Source: Jatrophihabitans sp.
Lineage (GTDB): Bacteria > Actinomycetota > Actinomycetes > Mycobacteriales > Jatrophihabitantaceae
DNA length: 45,063 nucleotides
Assembly: GCA_039937915.1 (NCBI GenBank)
Contig: JBDTFN010000193.1
Coordinates: 1-45,063 of the forward strand
Reading direction: 5' to 3'
In this document: piece after piece, positions 22,514 to 32,936 of the stretch
Numbering within the stretch: position 1 is the stretch's first letter
Layout: every line of letters begins with the position of its first letter
Translations under genes and position numbers: made by a program
Notes under the pieces: model-generated
Seen by the model: only the letters and a program-made list of their open reading frames with translations
Database searches by the model: none
What the model was told of the DNA's origin: nothing

Positions 22514-22532
22514 GCACGCCCCCTTGGCGTGC
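22514..22532 (+). terminator. Short hairpin after acnA
   Basis: GCACGCC-ccctt-GGCGTGC; no U-tract. Confidence 0.4.
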
Positions 22533-22565
22533 GTCCCCCAGGCGACTATGGTTCCTCTCAGCGAA

Positions 22566-22588
22566 TTAGTTCATGCAACGAACAAACT
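22566..22588. promoter_or_regulatory. Probable ROK-family XylR operator upstream of xylA
   Basis: TTAGTTCATGCAACGAACAAACT is an AT-rich imperfect palindrome (AGTT...AACT) just before the RBS. Confidence 0.7.
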
Positions 22589-22606
22589 CTCTGAGGAGCC
22601 AGTGAC

Positions 22607-23788
22607 ATGCCGGCGAACCACGACGACCACTTCAGTTTCGGCCTCTGGACGGTGGGCTGGCGTGCTAACGACCAGTTCGGCGAGCCGACCCGTCCAGCGC
22701 TCGACCCGGTCGAATCTGTGCACCGATTAGCCGAACTCGGGGCGTGGGGCGTCACCTTCCACGACGACGACCTCATCCCGTTCGGTACTCCTGACGACGA
22801 GCGCGAGCGTCTGATCGCCCGGTTCCGGGATGCCTTGAGCGAGACCGGCACGATGGTTCCGATGATGACGACGAATCTGTTCTCCCAGCCGGTGTTCAAG
22901 GACGGCGGCTTCACCAGTAACGATCGCTCGGTGCGTCGCTTCGCCCTGCGCAAGGTGGCCCGCAACCTCGACCTGGCCGCCGAACTGGGCGCCCAGACCT
23001 ACGTCTTCTGGGGCGGTCGCGAAGGCGCCGAGTACGACGGGGTGAAGGACGTCCGCGCCGCGCTGGATCGCTACCGCGAGGGCATCGACACGCTCGCTCA
23101 GTACTGCATCGACCAGGGCTATGACATCCGGTTCGCGATCGAGCCGAAGCCCAACGAGCCACGCGGCGACATCCTGCTACCCACGCTCGGTCACGCGTTG
23201 GCCTTCATCGCCGAACTCGAGCACCGCGACATGGTCGGGGTCAACCCCGAGGTCGGTCACGAGCAGATGGCAGGTCTGAACTACACCTCCGGAATCGCCC
23301 AGGCCCTGTGGGCGGGCAAGCTGTTCCACATCGACCTGAACGGCCAGCGAAGCATCAAGTACGACCAGGATCTGGTCTTCGGCCACGGCGACCTGATCAG
23401 CGCCTTCTTCACCGTCGACCTGCTGGAGAACGGCGCACCGGGCGGGGGCCCGACCTACACCGGCCCACGACACTTCGACTACAAGCCCTCGCGGACCGAG
23501 GACATCAACGGGGTGTGGGACAGCGCTGCCGCGAACATGAGCACCTATCGCCTGCTCAAGGAACGGGCGGCGGCCTACCGCGCCGACCCCGAGGTTCAGC
23601 AGGCCTTCCAGGACGCTGGAGTGACAGCGTTGTCGGAGTCGACGCTGGGTGCTGACGAGTCGTTTGCTGACCTGCTGGCCGACCGCAAGGCCTTCGAGGA
23701 CTACGACGCCGACGCCGCCGGCGAGCGTGGGTACGGCTTCGTCAAGCTCAACCAGTTGGCCATCGAGCATCTGATGGGTGCGCGCTGA
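22607..23788 (+). CDS. xylA: Xylose isomerase (class I, actinobacterial type)
   Basis: [42 protein letters not shown] and HIDLN. Confidence 0.98.
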   Translation: MPANHDDHFSFGLWTVGWRANDQFGEPTRPALDPVESVHRLAELGAWGVTFHDDDLIPFGTPDDERERLIARFRDALSETGTMVPMMTTNLFSQPVFKDGGFTSNDRSVRRFALRKVARNLDLAAELGAQTYVFWGGREGAEYDGVKDVRAALDRYREGIDTLAQYCIDQGYDIRFAIEPKPNEPRGDILLPTLGHALAFIAELEHRDMVGVNPEVGHEQMAGLNYTSGIAQALWAGKLFHIDLNGQRSIKYDQDLVFGHGDLISAFFTVDLLENGAPGGGPTYTGPRHFDYKPSRTEDINGVWDSAAANMSTYRLLKERAAAYRADPEVQQAFQDAGVTALSESTLGADESFADLLADRKAFEDYDADAAGERGYGFVKLNQLAIEHLMGAR

Positions 23789-24705
23789 CCGTCCCGCCGG
23801 CATCGGGGCGCCAGCACCGGATCGTCCACGGCGACTACACCGCCACGATCGCCTCCGTGGGCACTTCGTTGCGGGAGCTGACCTACCGGGGACGAGACCT
23901 CGTCCGCTCGTACGCGGCGGACGAGGTGCGGCCACGCTTCCGGGGCGCAGTACTCGCTCCGTGGCCCAACCGCGTCCCCGACGGCCGGTGGAGCTGGCAG
24001 GGGCGGCCGCTGCAGTTGCCGCTCACCGAACCAGAGGCCGCGAGCGCGCTGCACGGACTGGTGTGCTGGCTCGACTGGTCGGTGGTTCAGGCGTCGGAGG
24101 ACTCGGTGACCCTGGCGGTCGCGCTGACGCCACAGCCGGGCTATCCGTTCGCGCTCGACCTGGCGATGACGTGGCGGCTGTCCGGGCGCGGGTTGGACGC
24201 GAGTCTGCGGGTCGTCAATACGGGGACGGTGCCGGCCCCGTTCGGGTGCGGGGTCCATCCCTACCTCGTCGCGGGGTCGGGTGAGTGCGTCGATGACTGG
24301 ATGCTGCATTTGCCGGCGGACCGATGGCTGCCGGTGGACAGCCAGCTGCGGGTGAGCGGCCCGGTTGAGCCGCTGCCGCGTCGCGTCTCGTTCACGACTG
24401 CGCGCCGCGTGGGCGACGTCGAGATCGACAACGCATACTCCGGCTGCGCCTTCCGCGACGGCTGGTGTGAGGTGAGCGTGACCGACCGCCACGGGTGGGG
24501 CAGCGTCATCGGGTTCGGGGAGCAGACGCCGTGGGTCCAGGTACACACGTCAGACCGGGCTGACGAACCCGATCACCACCGCCGGGCCCTGGCCGTCGAA
24601 CCGATGACCTGCCCGCCGGAGGCGCTCGCGTCCGGGACCGATCTGGTCGTCCTCGAGCCGGGCGAGCCGTTCACGGTGCCCTGGCGCATCGCTCAGACCG
24701 GGTAG
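23785..24705 (+). CDS. Aldose 1-epimerase family protein
   Basis: [23 protein letters not shown] and AVEPMTCPP. Family-like sequence extends upstream of GTG23857 to about 23785 (CTG), so the start is uncertain. Confidence 0.85.
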   Translation: MTVPPASGRQHRIVHGDYTATIASVGTSLRELTYRGRDLVRSYAADEVRPRFRGAVLAPWPNRVPDGRWSWQGRPLQLPLTEPEAASALHGLVCWLDWSVVQASEDSVTLAVALTPQPGYPFALDLAMTWRLSGRGLDASLRVVNTGTVPAPFGCGVHPYLVAGSGECVDDWMLHLPADRWLPVDSQLRVSGPVEPLPRRVSFTTARRVGDVEIDNAYSGCAFRDGWCEVSVTDRHGWGSVIGFGEQTPWVQVHTSDRADEPDHHRRALAVEPMTCPPEALASGTDLVVLEPGEPFTVPWRIAQTG

Positions 24706-25949
24706 ACGAACCGCTGCAGGAAATCGTTGCGTAGGCGACGCTCCGGATCCCAGCGCTGGGCCAAGTCGGCGAACTCCCGCAGCCGCGGGTAGTGCCCCCG
24801 GACCTCTTCCGGGGTCGCCGTAAACACCTTCGCCCAGTGCGGCCGTGCATCGAAGGGAGCCAGCGCGGCTTCGACCCGGCGCACCGCGTCGAGCACCAGC
24901 GCGTCGTCGTCGACCCAGGTGAAGTGCAGGGCCACACTTGCGCGGTCGCGGAAGGGACTCAGCCACAGGTCGTCGGCTGCCACGGCGCGGATCTCGCTCA
25001 CGAGCAGGGCCGGGCCGAGATCGAGTGCGGCGACCGCGGCGATCGCGTCCGCGCCGTCGAGGCGAGCGACGAAGAACTCCGACTGTTGCTCCTGGCCACT
25101 GCTCGGCGTGAACTCGAGCCGGAAGTGCGGTAACCGGTGATGCCACGGTCCGGGCGCCCCCAGCTGGGCGCTCGCGGTCGCCGCATCGGCTCCGGCGATC
25201 GGGTGCTGGGCGACCGTCGCGCGGCGCGCGCCCCACCGCGCGGCGTCCACCGGATCAGTCCCGGTCAGCGACTTGATCCACACCTGGTCGACCCGGCCGG
25301 GTGTGCGCCAGTCGGTGAACAAGCTGACGCTGTACCCGCTCGCCAGGACTGCGTCCAGGTCGGCGAGAACGGCATCCAGCCCGGCGTCGAGCCAGACGTC
25401 CTGGCGCAGGTCGAAGGTGGGACGTATCGCCAGTCGAAGCCTGGTGGCGATACCCAGCGCGCCGAGCGCCAGGACAGCGCCGCCGAAGTCGGCGTCGCCG
25501 GCGACTGAGGTGACGAGTTCACCGTCGCCGCGCACGACATCGGCCCCGACCACCGCGGTCGCCAGGCAGCGGTTGTCGACGCCTGATCCGTGGGTCCCGG
25601 TCGCGCACGCACCCGCGACCGAGATATGTGGCAGGGACCCCAGGTTGTCCAGCGCCCACCCCCGACCGTGCAGGACCTCCGCGAGTTCGCCGTAACGAAC
25701 CCCGGCCGGGATGTCGACCACCCGCGTCTGCTCGTCGATCTCGATGGCGTGGTCCAGCGCGTCGACAGTGACCAGGTCGCCGTCGGTGTCGGCTATCCGA
25801 TTGAACGAGTGCGCGGTGCCGAGCGGGCGTAGCCGCGGTGTTCGGACGACCAGGTCCTGCAACTCGTCCATCGTCGTGGGTCGGTGCAGCCGCTGCGCAC
25901 CGAAGGTGATGTTGCCGGCCCAGTTGCGCAGCCGCATGTCACTGGTCAT
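24693..25949 (-). CDS. FAD-linked alditol (xylitol) oxidase, AldO/XyoA-like
   Basis: [44 protein letters not shown] and RPHWAK. Confidence 0.88.
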   Translation of the reverse strand: MTSDMRLRNWAGNITFGAQRLHRPTTMDELQDLVVRTPRLRPLGTAHSFNRIADTDGDLVTVDALDHAIEIDEQTRVVDIPAGVRYGELAEVLHGRGWALDNLGSLPHISVAGACATGTHGSGVDNRCLATAVVGADVVRGDGELVTSVAGDADFGGAVLALGALGIATRLRLAIRPTFDLRQDVWLDAGLDAVLADLDAVLASGYSVSLFTDWRTPGRVDQVWIKSLTGTDPVDAARWGARRATVAQHPIAGADAATASAQLGAPGPWHHRLPHFRLEFTPSSGQEQQSEFFVARLDGADAIAAVAALDLGPALLVSEIRAVAADDLWLSPFRDRASVALHFTWVDDDALVLDAVRRVEAALAPFDARPHWAKVFTATPEEVRGHYPRLREFADLAQRWDPERRLRNDFLQRFVYPV

Positions 25950-27355
25950 GACCGACGCTCGACGGTGAGCTCGCGGGCGGCTGCGTACTGCTCACGGATA
26001 CCGGGGTCCGGGTCCGCCTCGTAGGTGCGGACAGTCGACGCGCTCCAGGACGGCGGCTCGATGGCCCCGGACAGGGCCCACGCCGCTTGCCGGGCGGCGC
26101 CCGCCGCCACGTACTCCCCCGGCTCAGGCACCACCACCGGCGCCCCCAGGACCGCAGGTGCGATGCGGCGCACCGCCTCCGAACGGGCGGCGCCACCGAT
26201 CAGCAGCAGCCGACGCACCTCGACGCCCTCCCCGCGCAGCGCGTCCAGACCGTCGGCCAGGCCGCAGAGCAGGCCCTCGACGGCGGCGCGGGCCAAATGC
26301 TCCCGGGTCGTGTTGCGCAGTTGCATTCCGTGCAGGGCGCCGGTGGCGTGCGGCTTGTTGGGAGTCCGTTCGCCCTCGAGATAGGGCACGAGCACCAGTC
26401 CGTCGGCACCGGCCGGGGCCGCGAGGGCGAGCGCGGCCAACTCATCCAAGGACACGCCCAGCAACGCCGCGGCGGAATCCAGGACCCGGGCGGCGTTGAG
26501 CGTGCAGACAAGTGGCAGGAAGTTTCCGCTGGCATCGCAGAAGCCGGCCACGAACCCGGTCGGGTCGGCGGTGGGATGAGGACTCACGGCACTGACAACT
26601 CCGGAGGTGCCCAGCGAGACGACGACGTCGCCGGGCCGGGCCCCGAGCCCGAGGGCGGCGGCCGCGTTGTCCCCGGTCCCGGCTCCGAGGACGAGCCCGT
26701 CGCTCGTCGTGCCCGGAGAAGCGCCCGGTGCGAGTAATTCGGGCAGGACCGGCAGGTGCCCGAGCGAGCGCAACAGCAGATCGGGCACGTACGCACTGTC
26801 GCGCGGCGACCAGTAGCCGGTGCCGCTCGCGTCCCCGCGATCAGTCGTGAGCTCGCAAATGCCTGTGCCGCGCAGTTCACCGGTCAGCCAATCGTGCGGA
26901 AGACACACGGCGGCGGTCCGGGCGGCGTGCTCGGGTTCATGCTCGGCCAGCCAGCGCAGCTTGGTGACGGTGAACGAGGGCAGGGGTATCGACCCGGTCG
27001 TCTCGGCCCACGCCGCGGCGCCGCCGGGTAATTCGTCGATAAGCGACGCCGCCTGGACTGCTGATCGGGTGTCGTTCCACAACAGAGCCGGCCGTACGAC
27101 CGTTGCGTCCTGGTCCAGGCAGACCATGCCGTGCTGCTGCGCGGCGACCGCGATCGCCGCGACGTCGTCGAGACCGCCCGCCTCGCTGATGGCGACCCGA
27201 AGCGCGTGCGACCAATGCCGTGGGTGAACTTCGGTGCCGCCGGGATGGGGGGCCTGCCCGGCGCGCACAGGTGCTCCGGTCTGCGCATCACGCACGACCA
27301 CCTTGCACGACTGGGTCGAGGAGTCGACCCCGGCTACGAGCGTCAATGCGGTCAC
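25946..27355 (-). CDS. xylB: Xylulokinase
   Basis: [41 protein letters not shown] and GERTPN; xylose context. Confidence 0.93.
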   Translation of the reverse strand: MTALTLVAGVDSSTQSCKVVVRDAQTGAPVRAGQAPHPGGTEVHPRHWSHALRVAISEAGGLDDVAAIAVAAQQHGMVCLDQDATVVRPALLWNDTRSAVQAASLIDELPGGAAAWAETTGSIPLPSFTVTKLRWLAEHEPEHAARTAAVCLPHDWLTGELRGTGICELTTDRGDASGTGYWSPRDSAYVPDLLLRSLGHLPVLPELLAPGASPGTTSDGLVLGAGTGDNAAAALGLGARPGDVVVSLGTSGVVSAVSPHPTADPTGFVAGFCDASGNFLPLVCTLNAARVLDSAAALLGVSLDELAALALAAPAGADGLVLVPYLEGERTPNKPHATGALHGMQLRNTTREHLARAAVEGLLCGLADGLDALRGEGVEVRRLLLIGGAARSEAVRRIAPAVLGAPVVVPEPGEYVAAGAARQAAWALSGAIEPPSWSASTVRTYEADPDPGIREQYAAARELTVERRS

Positions 27356-27482
27356 CTGGCAATCGTTCGAGCCTCGCAGAGGCGATTTGTACCGATTAGA
27401 TCCCGATAGGAGTTGATCAAGGCCGCGAATCCGTTGATAACGACTTGGGGTTCGTTCCTCGTGATTTCCCCTGTCGTGGGAT

Positions 27483-27501
27483 ATGTTCGCGCGCACAACA
27501 T
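27483..27501. promoter_or_regulatory. Second probable XylR operator in the divergent xylB/xylF promoter region
   Basis: ATGTT-CGCGCGCAC-AACAT palindrome; shares GTTC-N8-AACA with the xylA site. Confidence 0.6.
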
Positions 27502-27558
27502 TCACGAGCTTACGGCCCCGGGGGGCCTGCTCAAAAAAAACAGGAAGGTTGTTCGCGC

Positions 27559-28725
27559 ATGCGCAAGAGCACTGCGATCGTCGCGGCAATGGGGGCCACT
27601 GCTGCCTTTGCCCTTACGGCGTGTTCGAGTTCGAGCAAGAGTGGTTCAAGCACGCCGCCGAGCGCGCCCGCCACCAGCGGCACCTCAGCGCCGGCGTCGG
27701 CGGCGGGATCGGCTTCGGCCGGCGGCTCAGGGACCATCGACGGAAAGAACGCGAAGGTGGGGATCATCCTGCCGGACACGACAACCTCCCCGCGGTGGGT
27801 CACTTCAGACCCGACCGCCCTCAAGGCCGACTGCACGAAGTACAAGCTCGACTGCGACATCCAGAATGCCGGTGGCTCGACCGCGAAGATGAAGACCATC
27901 GCGCAGCAGATGGAGGCCAACGGCGTCAAGGTGCTCATGATCGTCAACCTGGACTCCGCGTCCGGCGCAGCGATCGAGGCGCAGGCCACCAAGGCCGGCA
28001 TCATCACCGTCGACTACGACCGCCTGACCCTCGGCGGCACCGCGTCGCTGTACGTGTCCTTCGACAACGTCAAGGTCGGCGTGGCGCAGGGCACAGCGCT
28101 CACCCAGTGCCCGCAGGTCAAGAGCCTCAAGGCCGTCAAGTACGTCGACATCGACGGTGCCCCGACCGACAACAACGCCACTCTGTTCGCCCAGGGCTAC
28201 GACAGCGTGCTCGGAAAGACGCCAGGCTGGACGCGCGTCGCGAAGCAGACCGGCCAATGGGACGCCCCGACCGCGGGTCGCGTCTTCAACTCGATGCTCG
28301 GGAAGAACCCCGACATCAAGGCCGTCATGGTCGCGAACGACACGATGGCCGGTGCCGTGATCACCGACCTCAAGCGGCAGAGCCTCAACGGCAAGGTTGC
28401 CGTCAGCGGACAGGACGCCAGTGCGGCAGGCCTGCAGCAGATTCTTGCCGGCGACCAGTGCTTCACGATCTACAAGCCGTCGGTGTCCGAAGCGGACCCG
28501 GCCATGAAGGCGATCGCCCAGCTGGTCAACAAGCAGACTCCTGACACCAACGGCGTGACCATCACCGACACCCAGTCGAACAAGAAGGTGCCGGCCCTGC
28601 TCGCTGCCCCGACCGTCGTCACGATCGCCAACGTGGCGCAGCCGATCAACGATCAGTACACCCCGAAGAGCACGGTCTGCACGGGCACGTACGCCGCCAT
28701 GTGCACGAAGGCCGGCGTCAAGTAA
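27559..28725 (+). CDS. xylF: Sugar (xylose) ABC transporter substrate-binding lipoprotein
   Basis: Lipobox [33 protein letters not shown] and SGQDA. Confidence 0.85.
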   Translation: MRKSTAIVAAMGATAAFALTACSSSSKSGSSTPPSAPATSGTSAPASAAGSASAGGSGTIDGKNAKVGIILPDTTTSPRWVTSDPTALKADCTKYKLDCDIQNAGGSTAKMKTIAQQMEANGVKVLMIVNLDSASGAAIEAQATKAGIITVDYDRLTLGGTASLYVSFDNVKVGVAQGTALTQCPQVKSLKAVKYVDIDGAPTDNNATLFAQGYDSVLGKTPGWTRVAKQTGQWDAPTAGRVFNSMLGKNPDIKAVMVANDTMAGAVITDLKRQSLNGKVAVSGQDASAAGLQQILAGDQCFTIYKPSVSEADPAMKAIAQLVNKQTPDTNGVTITDTQSNKKVPALLAAPTVVTIANVAQPINDQYTPKSTVCTGTYAAMCTKAGVK

Positions 28726-28730
28726 CACCG

Positions 28731-28780
28731 TCCGGACCCGGTGGCCGCCGCCTGCCGCTACGCGGCGGCCACCGCCCGGA
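28731..28780 (+). terminator. Intercistronic stem-loop after the binding-protein gene (partial terminator or mRNA stabiliser)
   Basis: Perfect 13-bp stem CGGTGGCCGCCGC (28739-28751) with GCGGCGGCCACCG (28762-28774), plus outer TCCGG/CCGGA. Confidence 0.7.
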
Positions 28781-28830
28781 GGCTTCTACCGATCTGTCTT
28801 GCCCCGGAACGTACGAAGGGACCGCGCACT

Positions 28831-29622
28831 GTGGCCGACCAACCCCTGCTCGAACTCCACGACATCGACAAGCGGTTCGGCCCCGTCGACGTCCTGAAGA
28901 AGGTGCAGTTCTCCGCACGCGCCGGCGAGGTGACCGCGTTGGTGGGCGACAACGGGGCGGGCAAATCGACCCTCGTCAAGTGCATCAGCGGCACCTACAA
29001 CATCGACGGCGGCGAGTATCTGTTCGAGGGCCGGCCGGTCACTGTCCACACGCCTCGCGACGCCAGTGCGCTCGGCATCGAGATCGTGTACCAGGACCTC
29101 GCGCTGTGCGACAACCTCGACATCGTCCAAAACATGTTCCTCGGACGCGAACGCATGCGCGGACTCGTGCTGAACGAGACCAGCATGGAACATGCCGCGA
29201 CCGAGACCCTCGCATCACTGTCGGTACGGACCGTGAAGTCCGTGCGGCAACGTGTCTCCAGCCTGTCCGGCGGTCAGCGTCAGACCGTCGCGATCGCGAA
29301 GGCGGTGCTGTGGAACTCCAAGCTCGTGGTCCTCGACGAGCCGACCGCAGCGCTGGGCGTCGCGCAGACCGAGCAGGTGCTCGAACTCGTGCGGCGACTT
29401 GCCGATCGTGGTCTGGCCGTCGTGCTGATCTCCCACAACATGACCGACGTCCTGCGTGTCGCCGACGAGATCGCGGTGCTGTACCTGGGTGAGACCGCCG
29501 CGCAGGTGCGCCGCACGGACATCAACCAGCAGCAACTCGTCGAACTCATCACCACCGGCCGCCTCAGTGACCCGGGCGATACCAACCTGTCGAATTCCCC
29601 GGCCAGTGAGGCGAGCGCGTGA
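28831..29622 (+). CDS. xylG: Sugar ABC transporter ATP-binding protein
   Basis: GDNGAGKS, LSGGQRQ, LDEPT and SHN; single nucleotide-binding domain. Confidence 0.88.
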   Translation: MADQPLLELHDIDKRFGPVDVLKKVQFSARAGEVTALVGDNGAGKSTLVKCISGTYNIDGGEYLFEGRPVTVHTPRDASALGIEIVYQDLALCDNLDIVQNMFLGRERMRGLVLNETSMEHAATETLASLSVRTVKSVRQRVSSLSGGQRQTVAIAKAVLWNSKLVVLDEPTAALGVAQTEQVLELVRRLADRGLAVVLISHNMTDVLRVADEIAVLYLGETAAQVRRTDINQQQLVELITTGRLSDPGDTNLSNSPASEASA

Positions 29623-30983
29623 CGAGCACCAAGAAGACCCAGAGCGTCGAGGAAGACATCTCCCCCGAGGCCGCCGAGCGCGCTGCAGTGGCGAGCACAG
29701 CGCCTACCGGCGGAGGCACCGGCGACTACGTCCGGTTGTATTTCCAGCGCGTCCGGGGCGGCGATATGGGCTCATTGCCCGGCGTCGTCGGCCTGGTCGT
29801 CCTGGTGATCTTCTTCTCGGTCGTCCAGAGCTCGTTCGCCACCTTGTTCAACTTCGGCAACATGTTCACCGAGGGCACCGGGACGATCTTCATTGCCATG
29901 GGACTCGTGTTCGTCCTGTTGCTCGGCGAGATCGACCTGGCCGCCGGATTCGGCGCCGGGGTATGTGCCGCGGTCATGGTTCGGCTGATGGTCGGCTACA
30001 ACGCGCCGTGGATCCTGTCGATCGGCGCCGCGCTCGCGACCGGCGTGCTTATCGGTTTCCTCACCGGTTGGCTGCGGGCCAAGGTCCGCATCCCCTCCTT
30101 CATCATCACCCTCGCCTTCTTCCTGGCCTTCCAGGGCGTCATGCTGTTCGTCGTCAACAACGGTGCTGGACAGCACGGCAACGTCACGATCACCGACAAC
30201 GTGGTGCTGTCCCTCGCCAACGCTCAGATGCCGATCTGGTCCGGGTGGGCGCTGGGCGCCGTCGTCATCCTCGGCTACGCCGGGGTCAAGCTGCTCGCCG
30301 TGCGCTCGCGGTACAAGCAGGGCCTGCCCGCAGAACCGGTCGGGGTCTGGGTCTCCAAGATCGCCTTCCTGGCCGTGCTCACCATCGGCCTGCTCTACAC
30401 CCTCGGCCAGAACCGCTCGCTGAACCAGACAGCCATCCCTCGCAACGTGAACGGCAAGATCGAATTCGTCACGCCGGCCGCCGTCGAGGGTGTGCCGTGG
30501 GTTGTTCCGGTGCTGCTGGTCTTCTTCGTGTTCTGGACCTTCCTGCTCGGCCGCACTCGTTACGGACGGCACGTCTACGCCGTCGGCGGCAACGAGGAGG
30601 CCGCGCGGCGGGCAGGTATTCCGGTCGACCGGGTCCGCATCTCGGTGTTCGTGCTCTCCGGCATCATGATGGCCGTCGGCGGCATCATGATCGGGTCGAA
30701 CGTGTCGTCGGTCAGCGTCTCGAACTACGGCGGCGACGTCCTGCTGCTCGCGGTCGGCGCGGCCGTGATCGGTGGCACCAGCCTGTTCGGTGGCAAGGGC
30801 CGGATGATCGACGCGCTGATCGGCGGCGCGGTGGTCGAGGTGATCTACAACGGCACGGCCACCCTGGCCCAGGGCGCCAACGGCGACTCGCTGAAATACG
30901 TCGCCACCGGCATCGCCCTGCTGCTTGCGGCGGCAGTCGATGCGCTGTCCCGTCGGCGCGCCGGTTCCACCGGCCTCGCGTGA
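29619..30983 (+). CDS. xylH: Sugar ABC transporter permease
   Basis: LLGEIDL, IPSFIITLA, GRHVYAVGGNEEAARRAGI and IGGTSLFGG. Confidence 0.88.
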   Translation: MTSTKKTQSVEEDISPEAAERAAVASTAPTGGGTGDYVRLYFQRVRGGDMGSLPGVVGLVVLVIFFSVVQSSFATLFNFGNMFTEGTGTIFIAMGLVFVLLLGEIDLAAGFGAGVCAAVMVRLMVGYNAPWILSIGAALATGVLIGFLTGWLRAKVRIPSFIITLAFFLAFQGVMLFVVNNGAGQHGNVTITDNVVLSLANAQMPIWSGWALGAVVILGYAGVKLLAVRSRYKQGLPAEPVGVWVSKIAFLAVLTIGLLYTLGQNRSLNQTAIPRNVNGKIEFVTPAAVEGVPWVVPVLLVFFVFWTFLLGRTRYGRHVYAVGGNEEAARRAGIPVDRVRISVFVLSGIMMAVGGIMIGSNVSSVSVSNYGGDVLLLAVGAAVIGGTSLFGGKGRMIDALIGGAVVEVIYNGTATLAQGANGDSLKYVATGIALLLAAAVDALSRRRAGSTGLA

Positions 30984-30984
30984 C

Positions 30985-32208
30985 GTGTCCCGACGAGAGG
31001 TCTCCCCGTTGCCCGCTTCACCGGGCGCCGCTCGTCCGGACGCGATCCGGCGACACAATCTCGGCCTGGTGCTGCGGCACATCCACCTGGACGGCGCCCT
31101 CACCCGCGCCGAGCTGACCGCACGACTCGGGGTCAGTCGCTCGACCGTCGGCGCGCTCGTCGCCGACCTGACCCAGCTGCGCCTCGTCCAGGAGGTCGTG
31201 CCCGCCGGTGGTGCCGGCGTCGGCCGGCCGTCCCACGTCGTCGCGCCACACGCCGGAGGCCCGTACACGATCGCCGTCGACTTCGATGTGCCACGAATGA
31301 TCGTCGCTGCCGTCGGAGTCGGCGGCACGGTCCTGATGCGCGAGCGCGCAGAGTCCCTGCCCGGGCTCGACCACGTCATGGCGGCCGCGGCTATCGCCGC
31401 GAGCATCAAACGGGTGAGCGAGGCCCTCGATGACTCGGCGTGGCTGGTCGGCGTCGGCGTGAGTGTGCCCGGCACCGTCGATCGGCACAGCGGCCGCATC
31501 GGTGTCGCCCCCAACCTCGGCTGGCGCGATGCGCCCCTCGGCGCGGCATTGACCCACCTCCTCCCGGACGGCATTCCGGTGCTGGTCGCCAACGACGCCG
31601 ATCTCGCGGTGCTCGCCGAGTACCTGCGCGGGAGTGCGCGCGGGTGCGAGGACGTCGTCTACGTGCTCGGCCGAACCGGCGTCGGCGCCGGCATCATCGC
31701 CGGCGGCGTTGCGCTGCGCGGACACGACGGGCACGCCGGCGAGATCGGACACGACGTCGTGGACGAATCCGGACCGCCGTGCCACTGCGGCAAGCGCGGC
31801 TGCGTCGAGACCTACGTCGGTGATGGTGCGCTGCTCGCCGGTGCCGGGCTGGCCGGCCCGCCCACCGAGCAGTCCGTGGCGCGGGTGTTCGCGGCCGCCC
31901 GAGCCGGGGACGCCACTGCTCTCGCCGCGGTCGAGCAGGTGGCGCACGCGCTCGGGCGGGCCGTCGCGAGCTTGGTGAATGCGCTCAACCCGCAACGGAT
32001 GCTGCTCGGTGGATCGCTGTCGGAATTGCTCGATCTCGCCCGTCCGACCATCGAGAGGTCCTTGGCACGCTATGCATTGGCGGCCGCCGGTGACACCGTG
32101 CAACTGGTCCAACCCACTCTCGGTACCGACTCGATGCTGCTCGGTGCGGCGGAGATGGCGTTCACCCGACTACTCGAGGACCCCTTGACCGCGCAGCTCG
32201 TCGACTGA
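30985..32208 (+). CDS. ROK family transcriptional repressor (XylR-like)
   Basis: N-terminal HTH (TRAEL...SRSTV...GRP), NDADLA and GEIGH...CHCGKRGCVE zinc motif. Confidence 0.9.
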   Translation: MSRREVSPLPASPGAARPDAIRRHNLGLVLRHIHLDGALTRAELTARLGVSRSTVGALVADLTQLRLVQEVVPAGGAGVGRPSHVVAPHAGGPYTIAVDFDVPRMIVAAVGVGGTVLMRERAESLPGLDHVMAAAAIAASIKRVSEALDDSAWLVGVGVSVPGTVDRHSGRIGVAPNLGWRDAPLGAALTHLLPDGIPVLVANDADLAVLAEYLRGSARGCEDVVYVLGRTGVGAGIIAGGVALRGHDGHAGEIGHDVVDESGPPCHCGKRGCVETYVGDGALLAGAGLAGPPTEQSVARVFAAARAGDATALAAVEQVAHALGRAVASLVNALNPQRMLLGGSLSELLDLARPTIERSLARYALAAAGDTVQLVQPTLGTDSMLLGAAEMAFTRLLEDPLTAQLVD

Positions 32209-32234
32209 CCCACCCCACCCTGGTCGGACAACCG

Positions 32235-32897
32235 TCAGCGGGGCAGCACGACCGTCTCCGCCCACCGCGTGGCCGCGAGCACCGGCAGTGCCGTCCCGCG
32301 CGCGACGAGATCGACCCGCAGTACCCAGCCTCCGCGGGTAGCGCTCACCGACGCCGTCTGTGACCCGTCGAGGGGCTGGTACCGGACGCGGACTGCGGCG
32401 TCCTGCCTGCCTTTGCGCTCCGCGGTGAGGTGGACGAGCGAATCGGGCTCGGCCCGGCCCTCGGCAGTCAGGAACACCACGCGATCGATCGGTCCAGTCA
32501 CCAGCCCGGCCGCGACGGTCCGCAGCGAGGCGAAGCTCTCGGTGAACCCGCGCACGGTCCCCTCAGGTGGGAATCGCGCGATGCAGCCGTCCCGGCAGGT
32601 GATCGAGGCGAGGACGCGCCGCATGTCGGTGGCCGGCACTGCGTGCAGTGCGGAGTCGTCCGGCGCAACGGTGACGGTGGGGGCGGGGCTCGACGATCTG
32701 GTCGGGGCGGGCTGCGCCTGGTCGCTCCCGCGACCGGTGCCGGTGACGGTGAGGATCCCGGCGCCCAGAGCCACTACGGCGAGCGCGTAGGGCCAGCGCG
32801 CCGCGTAGCGGTGGACGGTGTGGTGGCGATGAACGGCCCGGCGGCGCGCCCCGAGTTCGAGGACATCCTCGCCGGAGGGTTCGCTGTCGACGGTCAC
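32235..32897 (-). CDS. Hypothetical membrane-anchored protein
   Basis: Single TM helix (WPYALAVVALGAGILTV) and Pro/Ser/Thr linker; fills the intergenic gap; CATGGT lies 6 nt before the GTG. Confidence 0.6.
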   Translation of the reverse strand: MTVDSEPSGEDVLELGARRRAVHRHHTVHRYAARWPYALAVVALGAGILTVTGTGRGSDQAQPAPTRSSSPAPTVTVAPDDSALHAVPATDMRRVLASITCRDGCIARFPPEGTVRGFTESFASLRTVAAGLVTGPIDRVVFLTAEGRAEPDSLVHLTAERKGRQDAAVRVRYQPLDGSQTASVSATRGGWVLRVDLVARGTALPVLAATRWAETVVLPR

Positions 32898-32936
32898 CCC
32901 ACCACCATGCCCGATCCGAGGTCGGGCGGTGTCCGA

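Noticed and set aside
29772-31592. Long antisense and alternate-frame ORFs (606 aa here; also 29456-31117, 8923-10236, 20816-21973 and many others)
   Set aside because: They overlap well-supported genes, carry no motifs, and are expected from stop-codon scarcity at high GC.
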